The notes under the pieces are model-generated. The model saw only the letters and a program-made list of their open reading frames with translations. It did no database searches and was not told where the DNA came from. Shown here piece by piece: positions 26,610 to 39,910 of a DNA stretch of 64,000 nucleotides. A program made the translations under genes and the position numbers. Within the stretch, counting starts at the first letter, position 1. Each line of letters opens with the position of its first letter. Source of the stretch: Camelus ferus. Taxonomy: Eukaryota. The DNA is taken from positions 13,208,001 to 13,272,000 of the forward strand of contig NC_045698.1 in assembly GCF_009834535.1 (NCBI RefSeq), read 5' to 3'.

Positions 26610-27510
26610 TTTAGCAACTATTAAGAACACTCTATGTGGAAGGGTCTAGGGGCTGTATTGTTGACAAAATGAGGTAAAGCCCTTACTTTCACAAACCTTA
26701 CCTGCTAGTAGAGGTGGATGACAAAGATTAAATATATCAAGTGTTTTAAATTAACAAAAAATAAGATAAGATATTAGGAATGAAATGGGAGGCATTTCAT
26801 ACAACATAGTTGGGGAGGGGCCTCTCTGATGAGATGAGTTTTGTACAGCAAGCTGAGTGCTGTGTGAACAGATAACTGGACTTTTGGTGAGAGTGTTACT
26901 GAGTCCAAGCGAGCTGCAGGACAAGCTAATAAATCAAGACACAAGTTGCTGGGAAAGGAATAGCAGCTTTATTCAAAACCAGCAGATGGAGAAGATGGTG
27001 GGCTATTGTCCCAAAGAACTATCTTACCTAAGTTAGAATCCATGCTTCTTTTATACCAAAAGGGGAAGGGGGTGTAGCATGTTGTTGCAAACTTCTTGGT
27101 GCCAGAATTCTTTGTTATTGCGGGTGTCCACAGGGGTCTGGTCACAATAAACCTCCAACAAGACAAATGTTATTCTCTATTCTGCAACTTTTTATCTTTA
27201 TATGGATGGAAAAATATTATACTTTTAAAGGTCAGAGCCTTGAGAATGGGCTATCATGTATATTTCAGGCTATAGGCAACATTATTCTACAAAGGTGCAG
27301 AGCCATCATGTCTAAGCACAGGCAACAGAGCACAAGGGTAAGAGATCTAATATGGAGTCGGGTTTGTTCCTCTCTGTTACAAGAGCATCAAAGCAGAAAG
27401 AGTAGCCAGTACTGAGCCCCTCAGAATAATCAGCACAGTTGAAAAGTAGGAAAGAAGTCAATGTGACTAGGGAGTGAGAAGTAGGAGAAGGAATGGGAGA
27501 TCACACCAGA
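26610..27510 (-). mobile_element. L2 relic interrupted by an LTR
   Basis: Antisense L2 strings GGGGAGGGGCCTCTCTGATGAGATGAG before the LTR and AGAGCATCAAAGCAGAAAGAGTAGCCAGT after it. Confidence 0.7.
26894..27381 (-). mobile_element. Solo LTR, ERV1-class (family also at 53999-54511)
   Basis: TGTTAC...GTTACA termini, perfect 4-bp TSD AGAG (26890-26893, 27382-27385), TTTATT (antisense poly-A signal) and TTTTATA (antisense TATA). Confidence 0.92.
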
Positions 27511-27754
27511 TGGCCATGGTTAAGCCTCCCCATGATCACCCCAGCCTTCTCCAACTGCTGGCGCCTTTTCTCCTGTGCGCCCACAAAACCCTGCAACAGT
27601 CCAAACTCAGGCTTATATACCAAGTAATGGAATGGCTTGTCTTTGGGCCCCAGTTGGTGGTGTCTTCTGTAGGTCAAGCACTTGGCTTCTACCATACTCT
27701 CAAGTCTTTTAACTTTCATTTTATATTTCAGCTCTTGCCATGTTGGCCACACTC

Positions 27755-28040
27755 TTCATTTATTGAACACTTATGAGTAAGCAGAATTATCTGTAAGGCA
27801 TCATTGTGAGTCATAAGAAGAAACAAGTAATTCAGATCATTTTCCTTAAGAATCTTTACAATTAGTATTTTTTTTCAATAAGATATTTAAAGAAAATCAT
27901 GCTTAGTTTCATGTAGGTGATGCACATAAAATGCTGTGGGAGTTAAAAAAGGAGATCATTTCCTTTAGCTGACTTTCAAGGTGGTTGCAGGGAGAAGTGA
28001 CAGCGTAGGGAGTGTGCTCAGGAAGTCTTATGTGTAGAAA
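27755..28040 (-). mobile_element. L2 3' end relic
   Basis: TCATTTATTGAACACTTA start and AAAATGCTGTGGGAG..AGGAGATCATT. Confidence 0.55.
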
Positions 28041-29689
28041 TGGCCTTTTTAAACTCTAAGCTTTTGATGTACAATTATTGCAGAGAAATGGTCAAATACC
28101 CTAAGTAGACTATAAAATCTTGGAAGTATGTAATGTATCATATTTTGTTCTTCCAACTATGAGCTGACAATATCTCTTATCATTACTATATTATCTCCTA
28201 ATTTAAAAATATTTTAAGACAAGGTTCATGTGTTCATATATTCCATTTTCTTACTTAAACTACATCAGCAATGCAAAATTTGATTTCCACTTTCAATGGC
28301 TTTGAAGTATGATAAAAAAATCTTAAGGTATTTGTGAAGCCAATCAGGAGCATGATTCTGTAGCCTTTTTTTTTCATATTTTAATGTTTTCTTACAGCTA
28401 CCTAATTTATTAGTACTTTTACTGACTAAATTTGTAAATATTTACACAATATTAAAGTAGTTTTTAAAAAGAAGATACTCTTTTACACATAGATCATGAG
28501 TTTGCTACTATTTAGTTAATATGTAATGGCAATAAAAAATTTTATATGGCCAGGTTTTGTAAAAAGACACAACTGATTCTTGGTAAACATCTAACTCAGC
28601 TAGTGGGATAAAAAAAAAAAACATAATTGTACCAGAAGGAAAATTACTTGTAGAGGATCCCAGTAAAGATTTGCTATAGAAGCTGGAAAGATCATCTAAC
28701 ACTTGGTTTAACTTAAGTAGGTAGGAAGAACTTCCTCTGAAATTGCTGTGCAATAAAAAAATTAACATTAACCTCTTCTGCCTCTGAAGATAAGAGGACA
28801 TACCATATAATTGAAGAAAACACTTCCTGTACTGCTTCCTTTTATGTTATCTTGCCTACAGAAGCAAGATTACTGATACTAGAAAAACATTATTGTTGGC
28901 ATCTGCTATGAGTAAGAGTTGTTGTCCTTTGTTTCTTATCTTAGAGTAATAGACATTTATAAGCAAAATTGTTATTTATTCTTCTTTCCAAGTTTCTCAA
29001 GATTATATGGTGACAAACTCCAATTTAAGAAATGTCCTAAACAGGTTTATTTAAAAAAACATCATGGAAAAAGTGGGAGGATTAAAATGAAAGTAATGTG
29101 AATCAATCTCAGTTTATCCACATGAAAGTTTATTCAACCTCTTTGAACTTCTATGAAAAATGGATAATAAAACTATTACTAGAGTGCTCATCAAGATTAA
29201 ACATGGTATTATAGAAAATAAATGGTTCCAGTCATATGAGTTAAAAGACACTTGAAATGAGAAAAGCATTATTGATTTTTGAGAGTTCAAATGTAAAATG
29301 GATGCATGAGAGAAATGAAAAGTAATGTTGTCACTTTAAAGAGATTAAATGTCTCCCAGGTCAGCAAAATCTTACTGTAATACGATTTAATATATTTAAT
29401 ATATTGAGAAAGTCAAGGTTTTAATCTATCTACCGTATCTAAGGTAATATTTCTCATATGTAAGTAATGGATTAACCCTTTTTAAAAACTCAAAATAAGC
29501 AAAACAAGAGAAACAGTCAGAGGATATCCAGCATCAATGTTAAGAAAATTGTTAAGAATATTTAAATCTAGATTTGAAATAAACCGATTAGGATTATAGT
29601 TCATATAAAACAAACAAAATACCCCTCAAACCACACAATCAAATATATGAAAAAAGTAAGTGTGGAAGTGATATTCATACAAAGCTGTA

Positions 29690-31390
29690 TTTAGTCCCTT
29701 TAAGATGGCATAGAATTAGTCTCTCCACATTCCTCTCCTCTAAGAATAAGTATAACCCCTAGAAATAATGCAAGAGAAAACTTAAAGAGAACTTCTAAAA
29801 GGTAGAAAGAGGATGGCAAATTTTGGGGGGATCCCAAAACGGAAGGAAGAGCATAGTGGCAAGACATCTTAGAATCGTCCCTACATTCTGAAGGTTCGTA
29901 CGGTCAATAGAAGAAGACAACTTAGGCCTCACATTTCTGACACCCCACCTAGCGACAAAATTTGGCCTGAGAAGACTCATCTGTCTGCTGGACTGAGTGG
30001 GTAGCCTGACAATGAAACCAGGCAGCCTCGCAGAATGAGCAAGGAGAATTGACTGAGCTCTTTGCTGAAAATGAGAAGCCATATTAAGCAGTTCCCCATC
30101 ACACCTGAGACTCCCCTCTCACACCCTGTGACATCATGTAGCCAGAGCACTGGAAAGGGTGACCTGACTTTCACAAATGTCCAGTTCATAAAGAGCTCAT
30201 TGCCCTCCACTGTCCAGGAACATGAAGTCAGGGGAGTATTCTGCCACAAGAAGCATCTGCTAAGGAAGCACTTGTTTGTGAGTTGGAGACTCTTATTGCC
30301 AAATGTGGACATTTGGCAATAGTTGGTCTGGCTTGGAAGCACTCCCTCCACTGTCTCAAGCAGTATGAACGAAGAGCATCAGCAGGAGGTCAACCAACCA
30401 GACCAAAATAATAACATGGAGGCTCTAAAAATTGACTGTCATTATCACAACAGCTCACAAAAGTGGGCCATGGCCTTCATGATAAAACTTAATAGGTGAA
30501 TGCCTGCTAAAATAAAAAAAAAGAAAAGAAAGAAAATAAATAGGGCCCAAACGTTTCAAATAACAGTCAAAATATCCAGGATATAATTGAAAACCACCCA
30601 TCATGCCAAAAACTAGGAAAATCACAGCTTGAATTAAAACTGACAATCAACTGCTGCTAACACTGGGGTGAATCAGATACTGGAATTATCTCAGAGATAT
30701 TAAAGCAGCCATCATAGAAATGATTTAACAGGCAGCTATAAATTCTCCTGAAGCAAATACAAAACAAACCAGAAACTCCAGAAAAGAAATAGAGCTTATA
30801 AAAAATGGAATTATAGAACAGAAAAACACAATGACAGATTTTTTTCTTTTCAAATAACAATAAACTTAGCCTCAGGAACCTACTGGCCAATAAAAGAGAC
30901 CCAATATTTGTATCACTGGAGTCCCAGGCAGAACTTGGACATCCCAGCCTTCAAAACTGTGAAAAACAAATGTTTATTATTTAAGCCACTTAGCTTACAG
31001 CACATTTTTATAGACAAATACCCAGAGCAACTGCTGAAAAAACTCTACAAAGAGATTCACTCAAAAACATTTTAACTAAATCAAGAAGTCCTAAAAAACT
31101 TCACATGAAAGCAAGAAAAAAAAAAGAACCCAGAGAAATGGAAGCGGAGGAAAGAAATAAAAAACAAGTGATAACATAGCATTCTTAAGCCCAAACATAG
31201 CAATAATTACTTTAAATGTAAATGGTGTAAATATATTACTTGATGAGCAGAGATTGTCACAGTGGATTTAAAAAAATAAAACATGGCTCAAGTATATGCA
31301 GTTTACAAGAAACTCACTTTAAATTCAATGACATGAATAGCCTGAAAGTACACATTAATTTCCAAAAACAGCAAGAGTATATTGATTTCA
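29690..31390 (+). mobile_element. Old L1 (L1M-type) 5' UTR, ORF1 and ORF2-start remnants with deletions
   Basis: AAGATGGC start, ORF1-like TGGAATTATCTC..TTAAAGCAGCCAT and TCACTGGAGTCCCAG, and ORF2-start CAATAATTACTTTAAATGTAAATGG..CAGAGATTGTCA..TTTACAAGAAACTCACTTTAAA. Confidence 0.7.
30930..31015 (+). mobile_element. MaLR (MLT1) LTR 3' fragment inside the L1
   Basis: TTGGACATCCCAGCCTTCAAAACTGTGAAAAACAAATG..TTTAAGCCAC. Confidence 0.65.
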
Positions 31391-31597
31391 ATTAAAGTGA
31401 TAAAACTAATAAAATTAAACTTAGCAGTTTTAAAAATAAATTAATGGTATTATTTAAGAAAACAAATTTGCTTTTAGTGCCCCTTCCTTAAAGTCAAATG
31501 CACTATATAGGTATTTTGAATTTTCATGTTATAAATCATCATACTAAATATCTATAGGATAAACTAAAGAAGCAACCCAAGAGATAATTGAAGAGTT

Positions 31598-31722
31598 GGG
31601 GGAGGGTATAGCTCAAGTGGTAGAATGCATGCTTAGCATGCAGTAGGTGCTGGGTTCAATCCCCAGTACCTCCATCAGAAATAAATAAGTAAATCAAATT
31701 ACCGCCCCACCAATAAAAACCC
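31598..31722 (+). mobile_element. tRNA-derived SINE (camelid Vic-1-like)
   Basis: GGGGAGGGTATAGCTCAAGTGGTAGA (A box), GGGTTCAATCCCC (B box), A-rich tail, 14-bp TSD AGATAATTGAAGAG (31582-31595) / AGATAACTGAAGAG (31723-31736). Confidence 0.92.
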
Positions 31723-31749
31723 AGATAACTGAAGAGCCCCTAACCACAT

Positions 31750-31982
31750 AAACGGAGTAGCCATTATTCAGTTCTGACACATTGTTGCCATGTGGGAACA
31801 GGAACTAATTTTGACAAGTAGTTTGCATTTTTCAAGATCTGCCAGAGATCTAGATTTTTCTTGAAATTTCCTGTATTTAAATGTATACAACTAATCAATA
31901 CTCACTGTTTTAATCTCCTGTAAGTTAAACTAGACAGCTGGGGACATTTTTAACCCATGGGCTACAGGTCTGCCATTTCTGT
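31750..31982. mobile_element. MER102-like hAT-Charlie relic
   Basis: TTTTTCAAGATCTGCCAGAGATCTAGATTTTT..GAAATTTCCTG..TTTAAATG..CAACTAAT and terminal CCCATGGGCTACAGGTCTGCCATTTCTG. Confidence 0.6.
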
Positions 31983-32959
31983 TCTAATTGAATTGCTGTC
32001 AATTAGTCTTGAAGTTGGTCTTTGATAATATTACTGGCTTTATTGAATAAGTCCACCTGTCTTTAATTCTCATTATCTTCAAACAATTAAAATTATACTA
32101 CATGCCAAGAATATAAGGAAGATGCAAATATTAAAATGTTTAATATCATTGTCTAGATGAAAAAGACTCAATATATGTGTTTTTGTGATATGCATCTATT
32201 TACGTGGCTAGATTAGTATAAAATTGAGAATGTAAACTTAAATATATCCATAATGATTCTGCATATTCTAGAAATATATTCATCTATGGCTCTTGGAGAA
32301 AATTTACTTTGAAATATTTAGACACCTAAGCAAAGACTGCCAGTCAGATTTGTCATAATATTTAAGCAGAAACACAAAAAATCAAGTTTGTTTGTTTTTT
32401 TAAAGTGCAGATGATTCTTTATATGAGTTAAGTGAATCAGTGTCTTTTTAAGATCATGTTTAACATACATTTAAATCTCTTATTTTAATTCCATGCTAAT
32501 AACTCACCACTGGTTGGGATTTGGATTCCTGAATGTTCTTTCTTAAAGAATACATAACTCAGGCCCATCCTAAGGTGTGCTCTGCCTGCCATAGTCATTG
32601 TTATCATTGTAGATAATGTAGGGTTAGACACTAACTCATTATAAAATTCTCAGTTCATTTTAAGTGTTTATCTGTTCCATTAAAAAATATCCAGCCCAAA
32701 TTATAATAATCCCAGCCACCCTTTTGCATCTTTCCACTTCTTAAAGCCCTTATATTATGGTTTGAAAGTAAAGATGTAAACTATATCCACTCTTGGAATA
32801 TTCACTAGAAACTTTAGCATGATACTAACTCAATCTTAAAAAATTCAATGTCTTTCAGACTTGTGTGGGAAAAAATATTTATATATATTGTTACTTAAAC
32901 TGTCAATCGGCTTTCATTAAAATGTAAGCAAATATTAAGCATTTAAAACAAAAGAAATA

Positions 32960-33185
32960 TAGCAAATTAATAAAATGATGAGTGCGATCAAAGTTAGTTT
33001 TGAACTTTGGATTCACCATTTACCATCTATTAATGTACATATTACACTTACCCTCTTCAAAAATGTAGCTACTTCAGCTGTAAAACAGGGATAGTGAGAA
33101 TGTACCATCCCTAGGTGACTTAAGAGAGGGCAGAAGGTAATGAGAAAATGAGAAAAAACAGGTGATTCATTTACACTATAGTTTA
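32960..33185 (+). mobile_element. MIR relic
   Basis: CCATTTACCATCT..CAGCTGTAAAACAGGGATAGTGAGAATGTACC core. Confidence 0.55.
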
Positions 33186-34294
33186 TATACTTACGTGTTT
33201 ATATTGCATTTTAATTTTATTTACACATTCAAGTGATAATAACATACTTTGAACTTTAAATATACTGATTAAGTATGGATTTTTTTTTATTCTTAATTTA
33301 AATTCTCAGGTAGTAAATATATTAACATTTAAGAAAGGGAAACCAATGATTAGACAGGTTGCAAAAGGGAAAAAATTTACAGACAAATTCATATGTAATC
33401 AGTATACAGTTTCAGTAAGTATAAGTACATACTTTTGAAATTTGAAAGACTTGATAAGAATTCATTATTTTGGTGAAAAAAATCTGTATTCCTTTAACAT
33501 CACAATTTTCAGATAAGATATATTTGGTTTTGATCATATATTGATCATCTTGAAAGACAAAAAATTGTCTAAAGCACTTAGAAAAGAATCTTTTCTTAAG
33601 GTAATAAACAATGCCAAGTTGAGTATTAGTTAATAATATATATTAATGAAGATTTTGAATGACATTGCCTCATTCTGCAAATCCAGGTTGCAAAAGAATT
33701 GCAAATTCAGTTCAATATAATTTGTATTTTTTTTTGTATATTTTTCTTAATATGACTTTGTATTTGCCTATGCTAGGAAAGCCCAAGTTATTGTTTTAGG
33801 TTATAAATTGGAAAATCCTCAGTCATCTTTATTTTATTTAGATATCAAGGAGCACACATTGAATTGCCCTGGTATAGGTCAGGAAGTACACAATCTAAAA
33901 ACAATAGGTATGAATGTGTTTGAACTAAATGAAACCAAAATAAAGCTTCAACATTTTATATCTGATCTGAGAACCCTTGTAAAATGTTTACCTTCAAAAA
34001 TAAACTTTAGCTGTAACAACAGGTAGTCTCCTAGAAAAGATGTAGTAGTCCCGCTGTACCTTTTAATAATCTGAATATACCTGGAGCATAGAGTTTAGCT
34101 GGGAGCGAATAGTCTTCAATGTGATCTTAAAATACACAGCATTGTTTCACAAAATTGATTGGCGTTTGAATCATCACTATAAGTAAATGGGTAAACAAAC
34201 TGAAAGTTAAGGCTAGAAAAGGAAAGGTTAGTAGGCTCGACATGATTATACTATTTTCTAACACAAGAGACTTTGTACTCCAGGAGAGATTACA

Positions 34295-34580
34295 TGGCAC
34301 CCTTCTGACGATCAGTCTTTATTCTGGGTCCCTGCAGAGGGCCAGCCAAGACTTTTCTCAAGGCTGTGTTGCAGTGCATGGTTCCTTCCACTGAAACCTC
34401 CTTTCATCTCTCCAAGCACAGGTTTCAGATCTGTGCTCTAGTCTGAAAATCAAGTCTGAATTCTGTGCCAATCCACCTCCCTCCTTCTATTAATGTCTAC
34501 CAGTATTTCCCCCGGCAAAAACAGTGGCATGTCTAATTAGATTTTAGACCCTGCTTATCAGAGGAATGAAACTGATTCAA
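34295..34580 (+). mobile_element. Ancient ERV-L LTR (LTR16-like) fragment
   Basis: GGCCAGCCAAGACTTTTCTCA..CACAGGTTTCAGATCTG..CTAAT..CTGCTTATCAGAGGAA terminus. Confidence 0.6.
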
Positions 34581-35789
34581 AAAAATCACTCAGTAGAAAA
34601 TTATTGAGTGGAAGAATGAAGGGATAAAATACTTTGGACTTTAACTTCACATTATTTAGTTTATCTAAAATAGTCTTTACTGCCATGTTATAATGTTACT
34701 ATTTTGGGGGACTACCGCCATCATATTTTAGTTTATTTACTCAAGCGGTTAGACTGTCTCTTTTGAGTCAAAGGAAAGCACCAAATTCCATTACGTTTGA
34801 ATAGATATTCCAGTACACATAATTATTTGGAGGCTAGTTAAATTGGGTGCAAAACAATTCAGGACCAAATTACAGTACTAAAAGGATTCTTCCCATTACT
34901 ATAAATATATAATCATTATTCCACTTTTCTTTCAAGTTGATTGGCTCTCCTGGGGTTAGTGAGAGAAATTTACATTTTTGTCTTTTATGTTAATCTCTGA
35001 AGGTAAACTCTACAAAGGCTATTAGAAAATGAAAAAAATCTCCTGATTAATCGTTTCTGGTGTTGAACAATTAGCAGAAACCAATCATTTGCATTTTAAT
35101 AACATTGTAACCATCTGTTAAATGAATGCATTAATCTTGATTAGCTTGGTTCCAGACACTTGCAGTTGGGGTTTACTGATGTGTTCACTGATAAAGAGAT
35201 TTTTTTAAGTCTTATATAGCTTTAATTTCCACAGTGAAAAGTAACTGAAGAGAATAATATAAACCTAACTAATGTGCTGATGGAGCGTAGAAAAGAAAAA
35301 TAGAAAATACTGTTGAAGAGACAAGAAATTTGGATATAAATAAATAAGCTAATTCAAACTAGAGAAGGCAAAGATTTCTTTTTTTATGTTTTATGTTACA
35401 TAAACCTTAATATAAATCATCATACACTGCTTGGCCAACTGCTAATGACATGATAACATTTTCTTTTTTTTTCAACAAAAAGTATGAAATGTACATTTGT
35501 AGCCAATGTATTGCCCAAAAGATCTGTGAGAAGAAAAGTAAAATTATTCAATTAATAGAGAATTACTCTACTAGATCATTAAAATGGAGATTAAAGAAGA
35601 TGTTTAATTAGGTCACATCGTACAAATTTCATTCTTTTCAAATGGTCTCTTTGTGGTTTTAACAGTCCTCATTTTCTTTCTGCAGCTCTACTCAGATGAG
35701 CTATTTGTGACCTCTGAATCATACTCAGTCATTAGAGATATGCACGCTTATAATTGCATGTAAATTCGCTTTTTAAAAAATTGAAAACT

Positions 35790-37635
35790 TTTCTCTATTT
35801 CCAAACAATAACAACAAAATCACCCCATGGGTAACATCATGTGTAATAGGGAACATATTGAATAATCTCAGTAGATGGATAAAAGTAAGGATTCCTAGTC
35901 TTACTTGTAGTGAAAATGTTACTCAAGATCTTGGCTCTTATATTAAGGAAAGAAAAAATATAATGTGTTTTAAAAGTCAGAATCAAAGAATTACATCACT
36001 CTCTGTTTGCAGATGACGTTGTTTATGTAGAAAATTTAAGAACTCTGGTGCTTAAGCGTTCTAAGCACTAGAACTAACAATGGATATGATTGATGTTATT
36101 GGCTATGAGGTTAACATATGACCAGAAATAGGTGGTCATTGACTTTGGACCTTTTCCTCACACTATACACACAAAAAATCTCCAAAAATGTATAGATATG
36201 AATATTAAAGCTAAAATCATAAAGACATCAGAAGCAATCAAGGGAGAATATCTTTGGGATTGGGGAGTGAGGAAATAACTTTTAGAGAAAAAACAGAATC
36301 AATAACCTTAAATTAAAATTTAATAATTTAACTTAATCAGCATTAATAAAATATTCATCAAGCCACATTGTTAAAAAATGAATTAGCAAGTCACAGACTA
36401 GGAGAAAATTTTAAACAAAGAATGTGACAAAGACTGATATTGTGGTATACAAAGAACTTTACAATTCAATAACAGAAAACAACAAACTCAATAAAACTGC
36501 TTAAGTATCTAAACAGACACTACATAAAAATTAACACATTAATAGCCAAAGCACAAGAAAATAGCTCAATATCACCAGTTATCAAGGGTGTGCAATTTAA
36601 ATCCACAATTTGATACAACTACACGCCCACTAAGACATCTAAAATGAAAGCACAGACAACATCAAATGTTGGTGAAGATGCAGAACAGTTGAAACACTTA
36701 TACATTATTGCTAGGGGTGTAAAATCATTCACACAGTGAAGAAATGTCTGGAAGCTTTTCATAAGATTAAATCTACACCTTCTGAGCAACTTTATTCCTC
36801 AAAATTATCAAAGATAAATGAAAATGTGCTCACTAAATGGCTTGCGTAGAATGACCATTGCACGTTTTGTTCCTAAGAGCGAAAAGCTGGAAACACCTTA
36901 AAGTTCCATCAGTAGGAATAAATATTCCTACTGCAAAATATTCAGTATAGTCTTAACATGTAATGCTACTCAGCAGGAATAAACATAGAATGAACTACTG
37001 ATATTTGCAGCAACCTGAATGACTCAAAAGTATTTTACTGAGTAAAGAGACTGACACAAAAATTATAAACTCTTTGGTTCCATTTATATTACACTATGTG
37101 TAATATAACTATATTACATTACATTTATATGAATTCTAGGATAGACATAACAAATCTGTAATGCAAAAATAATCAGAATAGTAGCTCTTTCTTGGGAATG
37201 CATACGGGAATTGACTAGAAACAACATGACAGAGAATTCTGAGGGACTAGGAATGTTCTATACATCGCTAAAAGTTTGAATTCCACAGGTGTATGAATTT
37301 ATCACATCCCAGAGAATGTACACTTTTGATATGAACATTTCATTTTTGTAAAGTTTACATAAAATGTCAAAATTCCTGAAGCAAATATCGAGTTATTTTT
37401 AATGATCAACATGTTGAGATATTTACAGAGGAATTTAGTGATATCTTCAATTTACTTTGAAATACATTTGCATAAAACCAGTGGATGTTTAAATAGGTAG
37501 ATGGAGAAATAAATGGGCAGATATGAGTAAAACATGTAAAGTATAATATTTCTTTATGAAACTAAGAGGTGGTAATACAGAAGTTTGTATAAACCTCTTT
37601 CAACTTTGATTGGAAAATGTTTATAATATTGGAGA
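35790..37635 (+). mobile_element. Old L1 (L1MC/ME-like) ORF2 remnants and 3' UTR
   Basis: TCTCTGTTTGCAGATGAC (RT LFADD), CAAGTCACAGACTAGGAGAAAAT, CAAATGTTGGTGAAGATG and 3' UTR CCATTTATAT..TTCAACTTT. Confidence 0.85.
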
Positions 37636-37657
37636 AGAGTGTTGTAAGCTGTTTGTA

Positions 37658-38700
37658 TAGGCAGTCCTCACTTTGTACAGCTCTGAAATACGTAGATTTC
37701 AGCTACTGTGATTTACCTAACAGCAATTCCTCAACAATATAATTTGAATTTCAGTTGCCACAGTATATACGCTGAGTAGTTGCATAAAGTACAAGCATCA
37801 CTGCTAGCTCTTTAGTCCACACATCCCTATGTAAATAACAGATGTCCATAATGATCAATGAGCCATCGCTTCACTTCTTAGTGATTGGTCACCTTATAAG
37901 ATGCATCTTAGTGCATCTTATTTAGTTTACGCACAGAGAGCAAAGTGTGCGGTTGTGTTGCTAATTTGTCTCTCAGTGATAAACCCATGCGACCATTGTA
38001 AAAAGTACATAATTGAAAGAGGAAATTGTCCAACAAAGATGAAAGTACTGCAAAGAAATACTAAGTGATAAATCTGGAAATAAAATTCTAATAGAATGTC
38101 AATAGAGTTATAGAAGATATAGCTGGCCATGGGGATGTTGGCACTGACATGTTTGAGGAACTCTAGATATGCAGCCAGAGAAACAGCAAAGACAAAATTA
38201 TTGATATATATACACATATACATACACACATACACATACACACGCACACGCACACACACACACACACACACAGACACACACAGGAGGAAAGTGATTATAA
38301 GGAAAAGAAAGATGAAGATGTCCCAGCAGGAGGGAGTCAGAAAACAAGCTTACGTTACAGGAATGCTCAGAGGTATTTCACAACGTTTGAAGCACAAAGG
38401 AGGAAATGTTCGAAGCTAATTCAAACACTGCAAGTATCATAACATCATTCATATGGTGAGAAGGCTGGAACTCTTCAAACTAGTCAATACATTTTTCACA
38501 AAGAATTGAAACACACTAATAGTGTTTCTAATGTTTTCAATTACAGGGTACTAACTACACCTTTTATGATTCTTTCATGTCTCGATATGTTTATAAGCAA
38601 CACTAAAATATATTTTAATGTCTAGACAAACATGTTTAAAAATCACAGAACAATTGGATTTTTCCTTGGTTACCAAGATTGCATTGCACAGCTTCTACAG
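37658..38700. mobile_element. Tigger13a-like TcMar DNA transposon relic
   Basis: TA-flanked TIR-like start AGGCAGTCCTCACTTTG, internal CCAACAAAGATGAAAGT..GCAAAGAAA and CTCTAGATATGCAGCCAGAG; the right TIR is decayed. Confidence 0.7.
38204..38282. repeat. Compound (TA)n/(CA)n microsatellite
   Basis: Directly visible TA/CA/CG dinucleotide run. Confidence 0.95.
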
Positions 38701-39759
38701 ATCAGTAGTAATCCTTATAGTGTGAACAAAAAATACTGCAAACATACCAGTAAAGAAAGAATGCTGAAACCATCAAGTCATCTGCGGCTGCCACCACCCC
38801 CCAGTGGTGAAGACATCATCAATTCCTCTCCTCCACTTCCTGGCAAGGTTATTACAAGATATTGAACATAGTTCCCTGTGCTAACATTTGTAAACCTCAC
38901 ACTCCCAAATTTATCCCCTCCCACACCCTTTCCCCCATAGAATGGATCAATGAAGATTCTCAGAGAAAAACCCAGGAAAATCCTCATGCTGGACAGTGGG
39001 TTGTGTACTTCTCTTACATTCTTTGTGCGATGACTTTATTAAAGTCCTTTCAAAAAAACAGAAATAAACCTCATTGTAGCAAGTTTTAAGTGACAAATGA
39101 AACCATCCTAAGTTATGCAAAAGGTTCACTGTACTTGGGTCCCAAAAGTGGTAGGGGTACTTCTCCATTCTTGTGGAAAATATTAATTCTGATGTCTAGT
39201 GACCTGGGATTTCTCCTAACCAAATCAACTGTGGAAGAGTGACCTTGTGAAAATCATGTAATTCCTCTCATTCCTGTTTCTTCGTAGTGAAATATTGAGA
39301 ATAGATTTTTGGTCTTATTCTGAGATTTAGTTGTAATACCAGTATTTTATTTATTTCCTTTTTTTTAAATGTGGGGATTCCTTTTATATTTTAATAGATA
39401 ATAGATATTTAGTGGTTTGAGGCATTGCATATGTCTTCTTGGTTCCTTTTCACGATGCTTTATATTTTCTTGCTACTCTTTATTCCTCCTATGGAAACTC
39501 CAAATTAAGACATAAGCAACCATTAATCGTTTGAGACCAATTTTACTCCAAATGCTCTTTGGTTTAACCAGCACAGAAGAAAGGGACCCTGACCTAAACA
39601 AGATTTTTAATTATATATATTTATTTATTTATGTATTCCATTGTTTGTCTATTTACTGTTTTTAACTAATTGACTTCTTTCAGTTGATGAATGACCCCAA
39701 ATAGGCAAACAAACCACAAAGGCTGGATGTTTTGGAGGCAAGATCTAATTCTTTTTCTT

Positions 39760-39910
39760 TTCCATAGATACCAGGTAGCAATGTTTTCTTTCAAAAATTT
39801 CACAATAATACTATGAGTTAGTCACTGTAATCCCTACAAAAGAGAAAATTCAAATTTAATGATATTAATGTATTACCTTTCAGGTTCACACAGCTAATAG
39901 GTTGTCAAGA
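39760..39910 (-). mobile_element. MIR relic
   Basis: TTCACAATAATACTATGAG..TACAAAAGAGAAAATT..AGGTTCACACAGCTAATAGG. Confidence 0.65.

Noticed and set aside
27167..27415. Paralogous small ORFs here and at 54329-54580 (KGQSLENGLSCIFQA)
   Set aside because: They are antisense translations of two copies of the same LTR, not a gene family.
31598..31675. Possible tRNA gene
   Set aside because: The A-rich tail and TSD identify it as a SINE.
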